From Caldilineae bacterium (GTDB taxonomy: Bacteria > Chloroflexota > Anaerolineae > DTLA01), in contig JBBIHX010000007.1 of assembly GCA_037446815.1 (NCBI GenBank), forward strand, positions 1 to 41,908: a stretch of 41,908 nt of DNA, in the 5' to 3' direction. This document shows positions 1 to 7,714 of this stretch, one piece after another (position 1 is the stretch's first letter; every line of letters begins with the position of its first letter). The notes beneath the pieces were generated by a model. That model saw only the letters and a list, made by a program, of their open reading frames with translations. It was not told the DNA's origin and ran no database searches. A program made the translations under genes and the position numbers.

Positions 1-2352
1 GTAGTTCTCTTCAATGGAGCCGATAGACGTGTCAATGCCAAACCCCACGCGGAAGCGGGGGGCCGGCGTGGGCGTGCAGGTGGCCGTGGGCGTGCGGGCG
101 GCGGTATGGGTCTTGGTGGGCGTGGGCGAGCCGCGCGTGTGGGTGGGCGTAGGCGAGCCGCTGTTCGTGGGGGTGGGCGTCGGCGTGGGGGTTGGGGTGG
201 GCGTGGGCGATGACAACTGGATGACCACGATGCCCGCCGATTCGGCAGCGGCGTACACGTACCCGTCCTTGTGGAAGATTCCCCAGACGTTGCCCGGCGT
301 GTCCACCGAGGCCACGAGCACGGGCGCGGCGGGGTTGGTTACGTCGTAGACTTTCACGCCCGCTGGCCCGTCGCCGACGTACACGTAGTTGCCCTCGGCG
401 TAGACGGCCTGGGCGGCGCCGTCGGTGTCCACAGTGGTAACGTGCGCGGGCGCGTTGCGGTTGGCGATGTTCACGATGCGAAGTCCGGCAGCGTCTCCCG
501 CCAGGTAGGCGTAGTTGCCGTTGACCCACACATCCCACTGGTAGCCGACCGGGCTGAACGGCAGCGTGGACAGCACTTGCGGGTTGGTGGGGTTGGAGAC
601 GTTGATGATGCGAAGCCCGCACGAGCCGCCCGCCACGTAGGCGTAGGTGCCGTCGGACCAGACGCGCTCGGAGAAGTTGCACCCGCCGGTCGCCGTGCCC
701 ACGATGGTGTAGGGCGCGGTGGCCTGCACCACGTGCATCCCCTCCCATTCGTCGGCCACGTAGGCGTAGGCTCCCACGGCGTCCACGCCCTTGGCGAATC
801 CGGGGGTGATGGTCGTGTACAGCACAGTTGGCGCGGCGGGGTTGGTGACGTCGTAGAAGCGGAGCGTGCCGTCATTTGCGCCGTAGAACTTCTCGCCCAT
901 GACAAGTTTGTTGCCCAGGAGCGCCACGTCGTGGGCCTCGCCGGAGCCCTCGCCTGCGCGTCCGATGATGGTGGGGCTGAGGGGGTTGGAGACGTTCAGG
1001 ACTGTCAGGTGGGCCAGGCCATCGGCGACGTAGGCGTAGTTGCCCGCGACCTCCACGTCGTAAGCGTTGTTCAGCACGGGCACAGTGGCCACGATGGTGG
1101 CCGCAGGCAACGGGCCGGCACGGACGGGCAAGGAGATGCCCTGAGACGAGAGGACGCCTCGGGCGCTGGATATGGCGCGGGGCGCGTCGGGCAGGGCGAT
1201 GTCGGCGACGCGGGCGTCGCGCGCGGTCGGGTTGGGGGTGATGCGCGCGCCGCTCGCATTGCGCATGATGAGGGGAAGGTAGCGGTTCTGCTGGCGCAGC
1301 AGGATATTGGCGAAGTTGACGAGATACGTCTCGTCGGCGGTTACCACGCCGAACCACGGCGCCGAGATGCCCAGCCAGCCCGACGGCGTGCCGACCTGCA
1401 CGACCTGATAGACGCCCGGGTACAGGGCCGGGAATTCGTAGTAGCCGTCGGCGCGCGAGGTTGTCGTGGCCAGTTGTGCGCCGTAGGCGTCGCGCAAGGA
1501 GAAGCCTACGCCCCCGAGGGGCGGCTCGTAGGGTTCGCGGCGGTCGTTGCGGTTGATGTCCCAGTAGGCGACGCCGAGAATCTGGCCGCGGCCGGGCATG
1601 GGCGTGGGAATGGGCGTCGGCGTGCGGGTCGGCGTGGGAGTTTTCGTCGGCGTGTTGGTGATGGTGGGCGTGGGCGTAACGGTTGGCGTGCGGGTGGGCG
1701 TACGGGTGCGCGTGGGCGTGGATGTGGCCGGGCTAGCGGTAACGATAACGTTGCCGTTGCGCACAACGGTAGAGTAGGAGAAGTACGGGGCGGGGCATGT
1801 GAAGCCCGGCCCACTGACGCCGGCGCTGGTGAATGCGAGGGCGGTGCCGGACGTGGCTGCCTTGCCTTTGAAGCGGACGGTGGCGACTTTGATAGACAAC
1901 TTGTTTTCGTCGTTGCAGGGCGTGGTGTCTTCTGCGTTGTACTGGATCAGCCCCGTGCCATTGTTGGCAGAGTTGAGGTTCACCTTGTTCAGAATCGCCG
2001 TATTGGGCGTGATCTGGCTGGTCGGGTTGCCCGCCGCATCCACGACCGTGAGGTATCTGGGGTCAAAACTCAGCGTGAAGGCGATTTGCTGCGTGTAGGC
2101 GCCCGGCCCCGCCGGGTCTACCCAGACCTCCAGGGTGAGCACCGAACCTACCTGCACAGACCATTCGTAAGGGGGGCCGTTGAACCGCACCTGCGCGGGA
2201 ATGGTCTGACTCAGCGGCGCGGCGGGCGGGCTTGCCCAGGACTGCTGCGCGTGGGAGAGCAACGCGATGGCAATGAGCGCGACGATTACGGCTGCGAATC
2301 TGAGAAGCAAGCGGCGGTCCTCGCCGTCGGCGGATCGTGGGTGTGTGGTCAT
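1..2352 (-). CDS. Large secreted modular surface protein, running off the left edge: signal peptide, cohesin-like domain, Pro/Thr linker, SdrD-B/prealbumin-like domain, YLPLIMR motif, LVIVD-repeat beta-propeller, second Pro/Thr linker, start of a further domain
   Basis: Absent from the ORF track because it has no stop in the window. Hand translation from ATG at 2352 (AGGAG SD upstream) stays open to base 1. It reads MTTHPRSADGEDRRLLLRFAAVIVALIAIALL..., FTLSFDPRYLTVVD (cohesin-like), GQILGVAYWDINRNDRREPYEPPLGGVGFSL..DGYYEFPALYPGVYQV (SdrD-B-like), and repeated GNYAYVAD..L.V.NVSNP..P units (LVIVD). Confidence 0.85.
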   Translation of the reverse strand, partial: MTTHPRSADGEDRRLLLRFAAVIVALIAIALLSHAQQSWASPPAAPLSQTIPAQVRFNGPPYEWSVQVGSVLTLEVWVDPAGPGAYTQQIAFTLSFDPRYLTVVDAAGNPTSQITPNTAILNKVNLNSANNGTGLIQYNAEDTTPCNDENKLSIKVATVRFKGKAATSGTALAFTSAGVSGPGFTCPAPYFSYSTVVRNGNVIVTASPATSTPTRTRTPTRTPTVTPTPTITNTPTKTPTPTRTPTPIPTPMPGRGQILGVAYWDINRNDRREPYEPPLGGVGFSLRDAYGAQLATTTSRADGYYEFPALYPGVYQVVQVGTPSGWLGISAPWFGVVTADETYLVNFANILLRQQNRYLPLIMRNASGARITPNPTARDARVADIALPDAPRAISSARGVLSSQGISLPVRAGPLPAATIVATVPVLNNAYDVEVAGNYAYVADGLAHLTVLNVSNPLSPTIIGRAGEGSGEAHDVALLGNKLVMGEKFYGANDGTLRFYDVTNPAAPTVLYTTITPGFAKGVDAVGAYAYVADEWEGMHVVQATAPYTIVGTATGGCNFSERVWSDGTYAYVAGGSCGLRIINVSNPTNPQVLSTLPFSPVGYQWDVWVNGNYAYLAGDAAGLRIVNIANRNAPAHVTTVDTDGAAQAVYAEGNYVYVGDGPAGVKVYDVTNPAAPVLVASVDTPGNVWGIFHKDGYVYAAAESAGIVVIQLSSPTPTPTPTPTPTPTNSGSPTPTHTRGSPTPTKTHTAARTPTATCTPTPAPRFRVGFGIDTSIGSIEENY

Positions 2353-2386
2353 CCCTGGTCTCCTGGCTTGGCGTATGTCCAATTGG

Positions 2387-2415
2387 ATTGTATGTCTACA
2401 GGCCCGGTTTGGCAA
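2387..2415 (-). promoter_or_regulatory. Candidate sigma70 promoter for the LVIVD surface protein gene
   Basis: Minus strand TTGCCA (2410-2415), 17-nt spacer, TACAAT (2387-2392), about 35 nt upstream of the ATG at 2352. Confidence 0.5.
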
Positions 2416-2480
2416 ACGGGCCTCGCGGGAGCGTCGGTTTCATCTTGTGTTGGTGAAACGCATGGACACTCTCCTCGTGT

Positions 2481-2552
2481 GTCGTTGCGAGCGAAGCGAA
2501 GCAACCTCACGCCCCAGGGATTGCTTCGGGCGCTCCGCGCCCTCGCAATGAC
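2481..2552. repeat. REP-like palindromic element (GTC..GCGAGCGAAGCGAAGCAA.....TTGCTTCG..CTCGCAATGAC type)
   Basis: Imperfect inverted repeat GTCGTTGCGAG...CTCGCAATGAC with an inner CGAAGCAA/TTGCTTCG stem. Intergenic; resembles CGTC/TGTC-tagged REP elements. Confidence 0.7.
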
Positions 2553-2637
2553 AAATACCAACAGACTTTGGAACCGAATCCGCGGGAGTCGGTCGCGACT
2601 GAGTCGGTTCGTCCCGGGCGCCGCGCCTTGGCAAGCG

Positions 2638-2753
2638 CGAGATTCTTCGCGGCTTCGCCGCTCAGAGAATGACGGTGTTGTTGTGTCATGTTGAACCGAA
2701 GGCGAAACGCCTCGGTCGGCGAGATTCTTCGCGGCTTCGCCGCTCAGAATGAC
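2638..2753. repeat. One and a half copies of a 69-bp REP-like palindrome (GTCATTCTGAGC..GAAGAATCTCG family)
   Basis: The full copy at 2685-2753 is the reverse complement of 39849-39917 with 6 mismatches in 69 by hand alignment. A half copy at 2638-2673 repeats CGAGATTCTTCGCGGCTTCGCCGCTCAG(AG)AATGAC. Confidence 0.85.
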
Positions 2754-2928
2754 AATAGGCGCCAACGGGCTTGGGCGCGGATGCTCCCGTGGCGGCAGGA
2801 AAGCATGCACTCCCTCCCTGTGTAAAACGCGGAACCGCGCCCCCGGTTGCGGGCTGCGGAGATGGCGCGGCGAAACCCACACGCGGTTGCGGGGAAGAAT
2901 GGCTCGGAACGCGATGCGGCAAAGCGGC

Positions 2929-4389
2929 CTACATGCTTGCCTGGGCCATGCGCCCGCCCTCGGCCAGCAGCGCCTGCACCATGTCAGGAGTGGGCGCTTC
3001 GGCGTAGATGCGCAGCACCGGCTCCGTGCCCGAAGGTCGGATGAGGAGCCAGGAGTCGTCCGCCAGGCGGTATTTGATGCCGTCGCTGTCGTCCACCTCG
3101 CGCACGGGGACGCCCGCCAAGCGCTCGGGAGCGGTGGCCTTGAGCGCGCGCACGAGTTCCGCCTTGACGAAGGGCCTGGTGCGCAGGTCGTTGCGGGCGT
3201 AGTGGAACGGGCCGACGGTGCGCTGGAGGTCATCGGCGAGATCGCGCAGGGATTTGCCGCTGGTTGCCACGATTTCCAGGAGGAGCAAGCCCATGAGGAT
3301 GCCGTCGCCGACGGGCAGGTGGCCCTTGATGCTGATGCCGCCACTCTCCTCGCCGCCGATGAGGACGTCCTTGTCCAGCATGTGGTCGCAGATGTAGTTG
3401 AAGCCCACGGGCGTCTCGTACAGGGGGAGGCCGTAGCGGCGGGCCAGGCGGGCCACCATCTCGCTGGTGGAGACGGTCTTGACGACGCAGCCGCACTGTC
3501 CCCGCTGTTCCACCAGGTGGCGCAGGGCCAGGGCAATAATAGTATGCGGGTCCACGAAGTTGCCCAGGTGGTCTACCGCGCCGATTCGGTCGGCGTCGCC
3601 GTCGGTGGCAAGGCCGATGTCGTAGCCGTTGCGGACGGCGCGCATCAGGTCGCCCAGGTTGCGGCCGATAGGCTCGGGGTGGATGCCGCCGAAGCCCGGG
3701 TTCATGTCGCCGTGGATTTCGTCGGCCACGAGGCCTGCCTCGGCGAGCAGAGCGCGGATGTATCCCCTGCCCGCGCCGTACATAGGGTCTATGAGGACGC
3801 GCAGGCCGGAGCGGGCGATGGCTTCCAGGTTGATGAGCGAGCGCACGTGCGCCAGGTAGTCGGGCATGGGGTCAAAGCGGGTGATTTCGGCGCCGTTGGG
3901 CTGAGGTGCGAGGGAGCCGCGCTCAATGGCCCAGTCGGCGAGAAGCGGCTGGCGGCCCGAGGCGAAGTTGGCCTGCAAATGGGCCTCAATCTGGGCGGTC
4001 TCCGCGGGCATGGCAGACCCGCCGAAGGAAGCCTTATATTTGATGCCGTTGTAGCGCGGCGGGTTGTGGCTGGCCGTTACCATGACGCCGCCCGTGGCCT
4101 TCAGGTGACGAATCGCATGGGACACGGCGGGCGTGGGGCAGTCCGATTTGCTCAGGTACACGCGGAGGCCGTTGCCGGCGAGGACGCGGGCCACTTCTGC
4201 CGCGTACCGGTCCGAGAGAAAGCGGGTGTCAAATCCGACGATGATGAGAGGGGGCGTGTTCGGCTCGCTGTTGGGTGTGTCCTCTAGGATGTGATCGGCA
4301 ATGGCCTGAGCCACGTGGCGCACATTGGCGAAGGTGAACTCGTCGCTGATGACGGCTCGCCAGCCGTCGGTTCCGAACTTGATGGGCAT
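2929..4389 (-). CDS. Phosphoglucomutase/phosphomannomutase family alpha-D-phosphohexomutase (486 aa)
   Basis: Starts MPIKFGTDGWR. Carries the phosphoserine loop TASHNP, metal loop DGDADR, sugar loop GEESG and C-terminal RPSGTEP. GAGGAG SD precedes ATG 4389, so the track start at 4563 is over-extended. Confidence 0.95.
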   Translation of the reverse strand: MPIKFGTDGWRAVISDEFTFANVRHVAQAIADHILEDTPNSEPNTPPLIIVGFDTRFLSDRYAAEVARVLAGNGLRVYLSKSDCPTPAVSHAIRHLKATGGVMVTASHNPPRYNGIKYKASFGGSAMPAETAQIEAHLQANFASGRQPLLADWAIERGSLAPQPNGAEITRFDPMPDYLAHVRSLINLEAIARSGLRVLIDPMYGAGRGYIRALLAEAGLVADEIHGDMNPGFGGIHPEPIGRNLGDLMRAVRNGYDIGLATDGDADRIGAVDHLGNFVDPHTIIALALRHLVEQRGQCGCVVKTVSTSEMVARLARRYGLPLYETPVGFNYICDHMLDKDVLIGGEESGGISIKGHLPVGDGILMGLLLLEIVATSGKSLRDLADDLQRTVGPFHYARNDLRTRPFVKAELVRALKATAPERLAGVPVREVDDSDGIKYRLADDSWLLIRPSGTEPVLRIYAEAPTPDMVQALLAEGGRMAQASM

Positions 4390-4470
4390 GCTCTCCTCGC
4401 TGTTGGCCGAAGTTGATGCTGGGATGTGCCCCGCGCGTCTGCGCACGGGAGCCTTGGGAAAGGCGGCGGT

Positions 4471-4499
4471 AGTATACCACAGGTCGCGTCCGCGGCCAA
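4471..4499 (-). promoter_or_regulatory. Candidate sigma70 promoter (extended -10) for the phosphohexomutase
   Basis: TTGGCC (4494-4499), 17 nt, TATACT (4471-4476) preceded by TGn. Confidence 0.5.
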
Positions 4500-4518
4500 C
4501 ATGGGCGAGTGGCTGACA

Positions 4519-4592
4519 TTCACCGCGGAGGACACCGAGGACGCGGAGGGGCACAAGAGACACTCTGCGTTCGCTGCGCCTTCTGCGCTGCA
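4519..4592. repeat. Degenerate 30-bp-arm intergenic palindrome (TTCACCGC.GAGGAC.C.GAGGACGC.GAG type)
   Basis: Left arm 4519-4548 against right arm 4563-4592: 20 of 30 Watson-Crick pairs plus 4 G:U pairs on the plus strand, by hand. 14-nt loop. Confidence 0.55.
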
Positions 4593-4678
4593 GTTGGTGC
4601 TGCTAGGCTGGCCGAAAACAGGAGAAGCGGCCCTCGCGCAAGGGCGGGGGCCGCCCGGGAATGGCCAATGCAGGGCGT

Positions 4679-5461
4679 CTACGGGATGATCAGCGTCTGC
4701 CCGGCGTAGATGAGGCTGTACAGGGTGAGGCCGTTGGCCTGGGCGAGGGCCTGGACAGTAACGCCGTAGCGCGCTGCGATGCCGTAGAGCGTGTCGCCGG
4801 ACTGGACTACGTGCGTCCTGGTGCCCGTGGGCGCGGATGGCGGCGCGCCGGTAGTGCCGGCGGGCAGGACGAGTCGCTGGCCCGCGCGCAGGGTCGTGGG
4901 GTCAGTGATGCCGTTGAGTTGGGCCAATTCCTGCCACGTGATGCCGTAGCGCAGCGCGATGCGGTACAGGTTCTCGCCTGCCTGCACGATGTGCACGTTG
5001 GGCGGGTTGGTGGCCGTGGCCGGGACCATGAGCGTCTGGCCCGCCAGCAAGAGGGCGTCGGGCGACAGGTTGTTGAGGGCAGCCAGTTCGTTCACCGTGG
5101 TGCCAAAGCGCGCCGCGATGCCGTAGAGCGTGTCGCCGGGCTGGACGGTGTAGGTGGACGATCCGGGTTCCGGCGTTGGTTCGGGTTCCTGCGGCGCGGG
5201 CGTGGCCGTGGGTTCCGTCGGCAGGAATGGCTCCGGCGTGGGCGTTGCCGTGGCTTGCATGGCCGCAGACGTGCTCACGGGCGTTGGGATGGCCGTTGCC
5301 GCGCTGGGAAGGGCGGTTGCGGTAGCCGTCACGGCCTGGGTCGGCGTGCCCTGCGGCGCAGGCGACGGGCTGGGCTTGGGCCTTGTGCAGCCGACGAGCA
5401 TGAGGCTGGCGGCCAGCACACAACCGGCCGCCACGAGGATGGCCCTGGTTCGCGCATTCAT
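4679..5461 (-). CDS. Lipoprotein with Pro/Thr linker and three LysM domains (260 aa)
   Basis: AGGAGG SD precedes ATG 5461. Signal peptide with lipobox LVGC. Three LysM repeats: YTVQPGDTLYGIAARFG, HIVQAGENLYRIALRYG and HVVQSGDTLYGIAARYG. Confidence 0.9.
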   Translation of the reverse strand: MNARTRAILVAAGCVLAASLMLVGCTRPKPSPSPAPQGTPTQAVTATATALPSAATAIPTPVSTSAAMQATATPTPEPFLPTEPTATPAPQEPEPTPEPGSSTYTVQPGDTLYGIAARFGTTVNELAALNNLSPDALLLAGQTLMVPATATNPPNVHIVQAGENLYRIALRYGITWQELAQLNGITDPTTLRAGQRLVLPAGTTGAPPSAPTGTRTHVVQSGDTLYGIAARYGVTVQALAQANGLTLYSLIYAGQTLIIP

Positions 5462-5497
5462 GTTGTGCCTCCTATGAGTAGGTGAGGTGGTTGACCT

Positions 5498-5526
5498 ATT
5501 ATAGCACATGTGGGCGAGTTTGTCTT
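5498..5526 (-). promoter_or_regulatory. Candidate extended -10 sigma70 promoter for the LysM lipoprotein
   Basis: TGcTATAAT (-10 at 5498-5503) and a weak -35 AAGACA (5521-5526) at 17 nt spacing, in the 86-nt intergenic gap. Confidence 0.55.
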
Positions 5527-5547
5527 ATGACGATGCCCGTGCGCACA

Positions 5548-5985
5548 TTACTCCTCTTGCCGCCTGCCCTTGCGCGCGGCGATGAGCAGGACTGCAAACG
5601 CAGCGCTGGCCGCAGCCAGGGGCAGCATGGAGCCACCCGTGTTGGGAATCTCCTCGCCTGCGGTCGGGCCGCTCGTGGGCTGGGCTGGAACCGTGGGAGC
5701 GCCGGTCGGCAGCGGCGCGACGGTCGCCGTGGCCGTTGCCACCGGCACCAGCGTAGCCGTCGGGCGAGGGGTGGGCTCCCGCGTGGCCGTGGGCATGCGG
5801 GTGTGCGTCGGCGCCGCGGTGAAGGTGGGCGTGGCAACGACAGTGGGAGGGACGGCGGTCTGCATCTTGTTGACGAGCGCCACGCCGGCGACGGCCAGCA
5901 ACCCGACGGCCAGCAAGCCGACGAGCACGAGGATGGCTACGGCGAATTTCCGATTCCTGAATGGGTTGGTGAATTGAGGTCTCAT
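5548..5985 (-). CDS. Small Pro/Thr-rich protein with C-terminal sortase-type sorting signal (IPNTG, TM segment, basic tail), 145 aa
   Basis: MRPQFTNPFRNRKFAVAILVLVGLLAVGLLAVAG (signal/TM), a P/T/A/V-rich core, then IPNTGGSMLPLAAASAAFAVLLIAARKGRRQEE. GGAG SD overlaps the upstream stop codon. Confidence 0.8.
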   Translation of the reverse strand: MRPQFTNPFRNRKFAVAILVLVGLLAVGLLAVAGVALVNKMQTAVPPTVVATPTFTAAPTHTRMPTATREPTPRPTATLVPVATATATVAPLPTGAPTVPAQPTSGPTAGEEIPNTGGSMLPLAAASAAFAVLLIAARKGRRQEE

Positions 5986-5990
5986 AGGTT

Positions 5991-7556
5991 CTACTCCGCA
6001 AACGGGGTGCCGTCTGCCCGCTGAACGCGCACGCCTTTGTAATAGTGGGCGAGAATCTCGTGGGCTAAAGCGCCTTGCTGGGCCATGCGGATGGCCCCTT
6101 CCTGGCACATGCCCACGCCGTGCCCGTACATCTTCACGTTGCCGCAAATGCAGGGGACGCTCCTGCAATAGGGAAGGGCGGCGCGCCACACGTCTTCGCT
6201 GTTGCGCGTGTGGCCGTCGCAATGGGCGAAATAGTACGCGCCGATGAGTTCATCGCCAAAGGCCAGGACAACGCCGCGCGTTTCGTCCACGGCTCTGTCG
6301 GAGCGCGCGCTGTGTTTCGGCGACCAGTTCTGGCAGTGTGAGGTGGTGCACACCGCAGCGGAGCCGTGTCGCGGCTGGCGAGCGGCCCGCGCGGCGAAGG
6401 TGCGGGCGGCGATGGCCTGCGCCTTGAGCGCCTCCATGGGGCTGCTCGCCGGAATCTCTTTGGGCACGCACCCCTTGGCGTACTCCTCAAGGTCCATGAC
6501 GACGGCGGTGCCGTCTTCCATGAGCACGGAGACGGTTGCCGGGACCTGCAGGCCGACCCGAGCGCGCTTGGGGAGGTCGCTGAGGGCTTGGACGGTCTCG
6601 CGGAGCACGGGCGTGCCGTCGGGTTTGTACCAGCGGTGCGAGGCGAATGGATCGCCGTCCTCGGCCGAGAGAAGCCAGAACTCGGCGTTTGCCAGGTAGT
6701 AGGGCGCGGCGCCGGACATGAGGCCCTGTGCCATATCCTTCGCAAGGGCGGCATGGCGGGCGGCATCCACAGGGGGATGGGCAGGGTGCCCACGGTCGCC
6801 GACGATGGGGCCGTTGGCCGCGGCCACCATCAGCACGGCGCGTCCCAGCCGCCGCAGCGCGATCTCCTGATACCACTCATGCAGGCAGTAGCCCGTGTGG
6901 TCTTCGCTCCCTTCGGGGCAGCGGCCGGGGCGCGTCGCGGGCCACGCTCGGCTTCCGCCATGTCCCCAGGTGAGCGGCTTGTTGCCGGTGAAGTTGTGGA
7001 TGGCGATGCCGAGTTTGTCTTTCAGGTTCGCGCTGGCCTTGGCCGCCACGATTTCCAGGCAACGATCCAAGAACAGCAAGTCGTGGTAGTCGCCGACGGG
7101 GTCCAGCGGCGAAAACAGCGGGATGAGCGTTTCTTCGCGCGCCAGTGTTTCCAACGCGGGCAGCGCGATGTCCATGAACGCGTCGGGGGCGCTGTCGCCC
7201 GGCCATTTGGCCCATTGGCCCATGCGATTAGGGCGGTCGTAGATGAACACGTAGCGCACGCCCATGGCCGCCAGGGATGAGACCGCTTTCCGCAGGTCCG
7301 CTTCGGGCACGGCGGAGACGAAGGGCGTCCACAGGTGCACGACAGGCTCAATGGCCCGGTCGCGGAGTCCCGTGATGAACGGCTCGGGCACGGGGTCGCC
7401 GATGCCGCTCATCACGGTGAGCCAACTGGCGCCCAGCGCCTTGAGCAGCGGCCCGAAGCGCTTGAGCCAGGCCCGGTCGTAGTGCTGCGTGTCCGGGAAC
7501 CAGTGGAAGCCGATTCCCGTGTCCCCTGCCGGTCTTGGGTACGATGCGATGTCCAT
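5991..7556 (-). CDS. Fusion of an N-terminal GH-A-like barrel (catalytic Glu residues missing) to a SpoIID/LytB lytic transglycosylase domain (521 aa)
   Basis: C-terminal YAKGCVPKEIP..MEALKAQAIAART, CTTSHCQNW, GHTRNSEDVW and GHGVGMCQEGA are SpoIID/LytB motifs. The first ~330 aa align end to end with the protein at 13053-14444. Confidence 0.88.
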   Translation of the reverse strand: MDIASYPRPAGDTGIGFHWFPDTQHYDRAWLKRFGPLLKALGASWLTVMSGIGDPVPEPFITGLRDRAIEPVVHLWTPFVSAVPEADLRKAVSSLAAMGVRYVFIYDRPNRMGQWAKWPGDSAPDAFMDIALPALETLAREETLIPLFSPLDPVGDYHDLLFLDRCLEIVAAKASANLKDKLGIAIHNFTGNKPLTWGHGGSRAWPATRPGRCPEGSEDHTGYCLHEWYQEIALRRLGRAVLMVAAANGPIVGDRGHPAHPPVDAARHAALAKDMAQGLMSGAAPYYLANAEFWLLSAEDGDPFASHRWYKPDGTPVLRETVQALSDLPKRARVGLQVPATVSVLMEDGTAVVMDLEEYAKGCVPKEIPASSPMEALKAQAIAARTFAARAARQPRHGSAAVCTTSHCQNWSPKHSARSDRAVDETRGVVLAFGDELIGAYYFAHCDGHTRNSEDVWRAALPYCRSVPCICGNVKMYGHGVGMCQEGAIRMAQQGALAHEILAHYYKGVRVQRADGTPFAE

Positions 7557-7582
7557 CTCCGATCACCGTCCGAAACCTATCT

Positions 7583-7699
7583 TCAGAAGGGGCGCTTTTG
7601 TCCGCACTTCTTGCACTGCTTGTAGCGCACCCCCTCCTTGCTGACCTTCACGACCCACTCGTGCTTGCCCCCCTTGGGGCATTTGTACGTTCCAGGCAT
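7583..7699 (-). CDS. Unannotated 38-aa basic zinc-ribbon-like microprotein
   Basis: Hand translation MPGTYKCPKGGKHEWVVKVSKEGVRYKQCKKCGQKRPF*. GGAG SD lies 9 nt upstream. It fills the gap between flanking genes with 15- and 26-nt spacers and has C-x5-H...C-x2-C ligands. Confidence 0.75.
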   Translation of the reverse strand: MPGTYKCPKGGKHEWVVKVSKEGVRYKQCKKCGQKRPF

Positions 7700-7714
7700 C
7701 GCTTCTTCTCCATG

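Noticed and set aside
60-210. Tandem GGCGTG/GGCGTGG hexamer repeats, also at 1600-1730, 5160-5390 and 5700-5850
   Set aside because: They encode Pro-Thr linkers within proteins. There are no unique spacers or constant-length repeats, so this is not CRISPR or an independent VNTR.
271-2694. 807-aa plus-strand ORF and many other long plus-strand ORFs (2749-4287, 11890-13320, 14370-16190, 33253-34917 and others)
   Set aside because: These are antisense shadows of real minus-strand genes in high-GC DNA, with no motifs or SDs and Arg/Gly/Val-biased composition.
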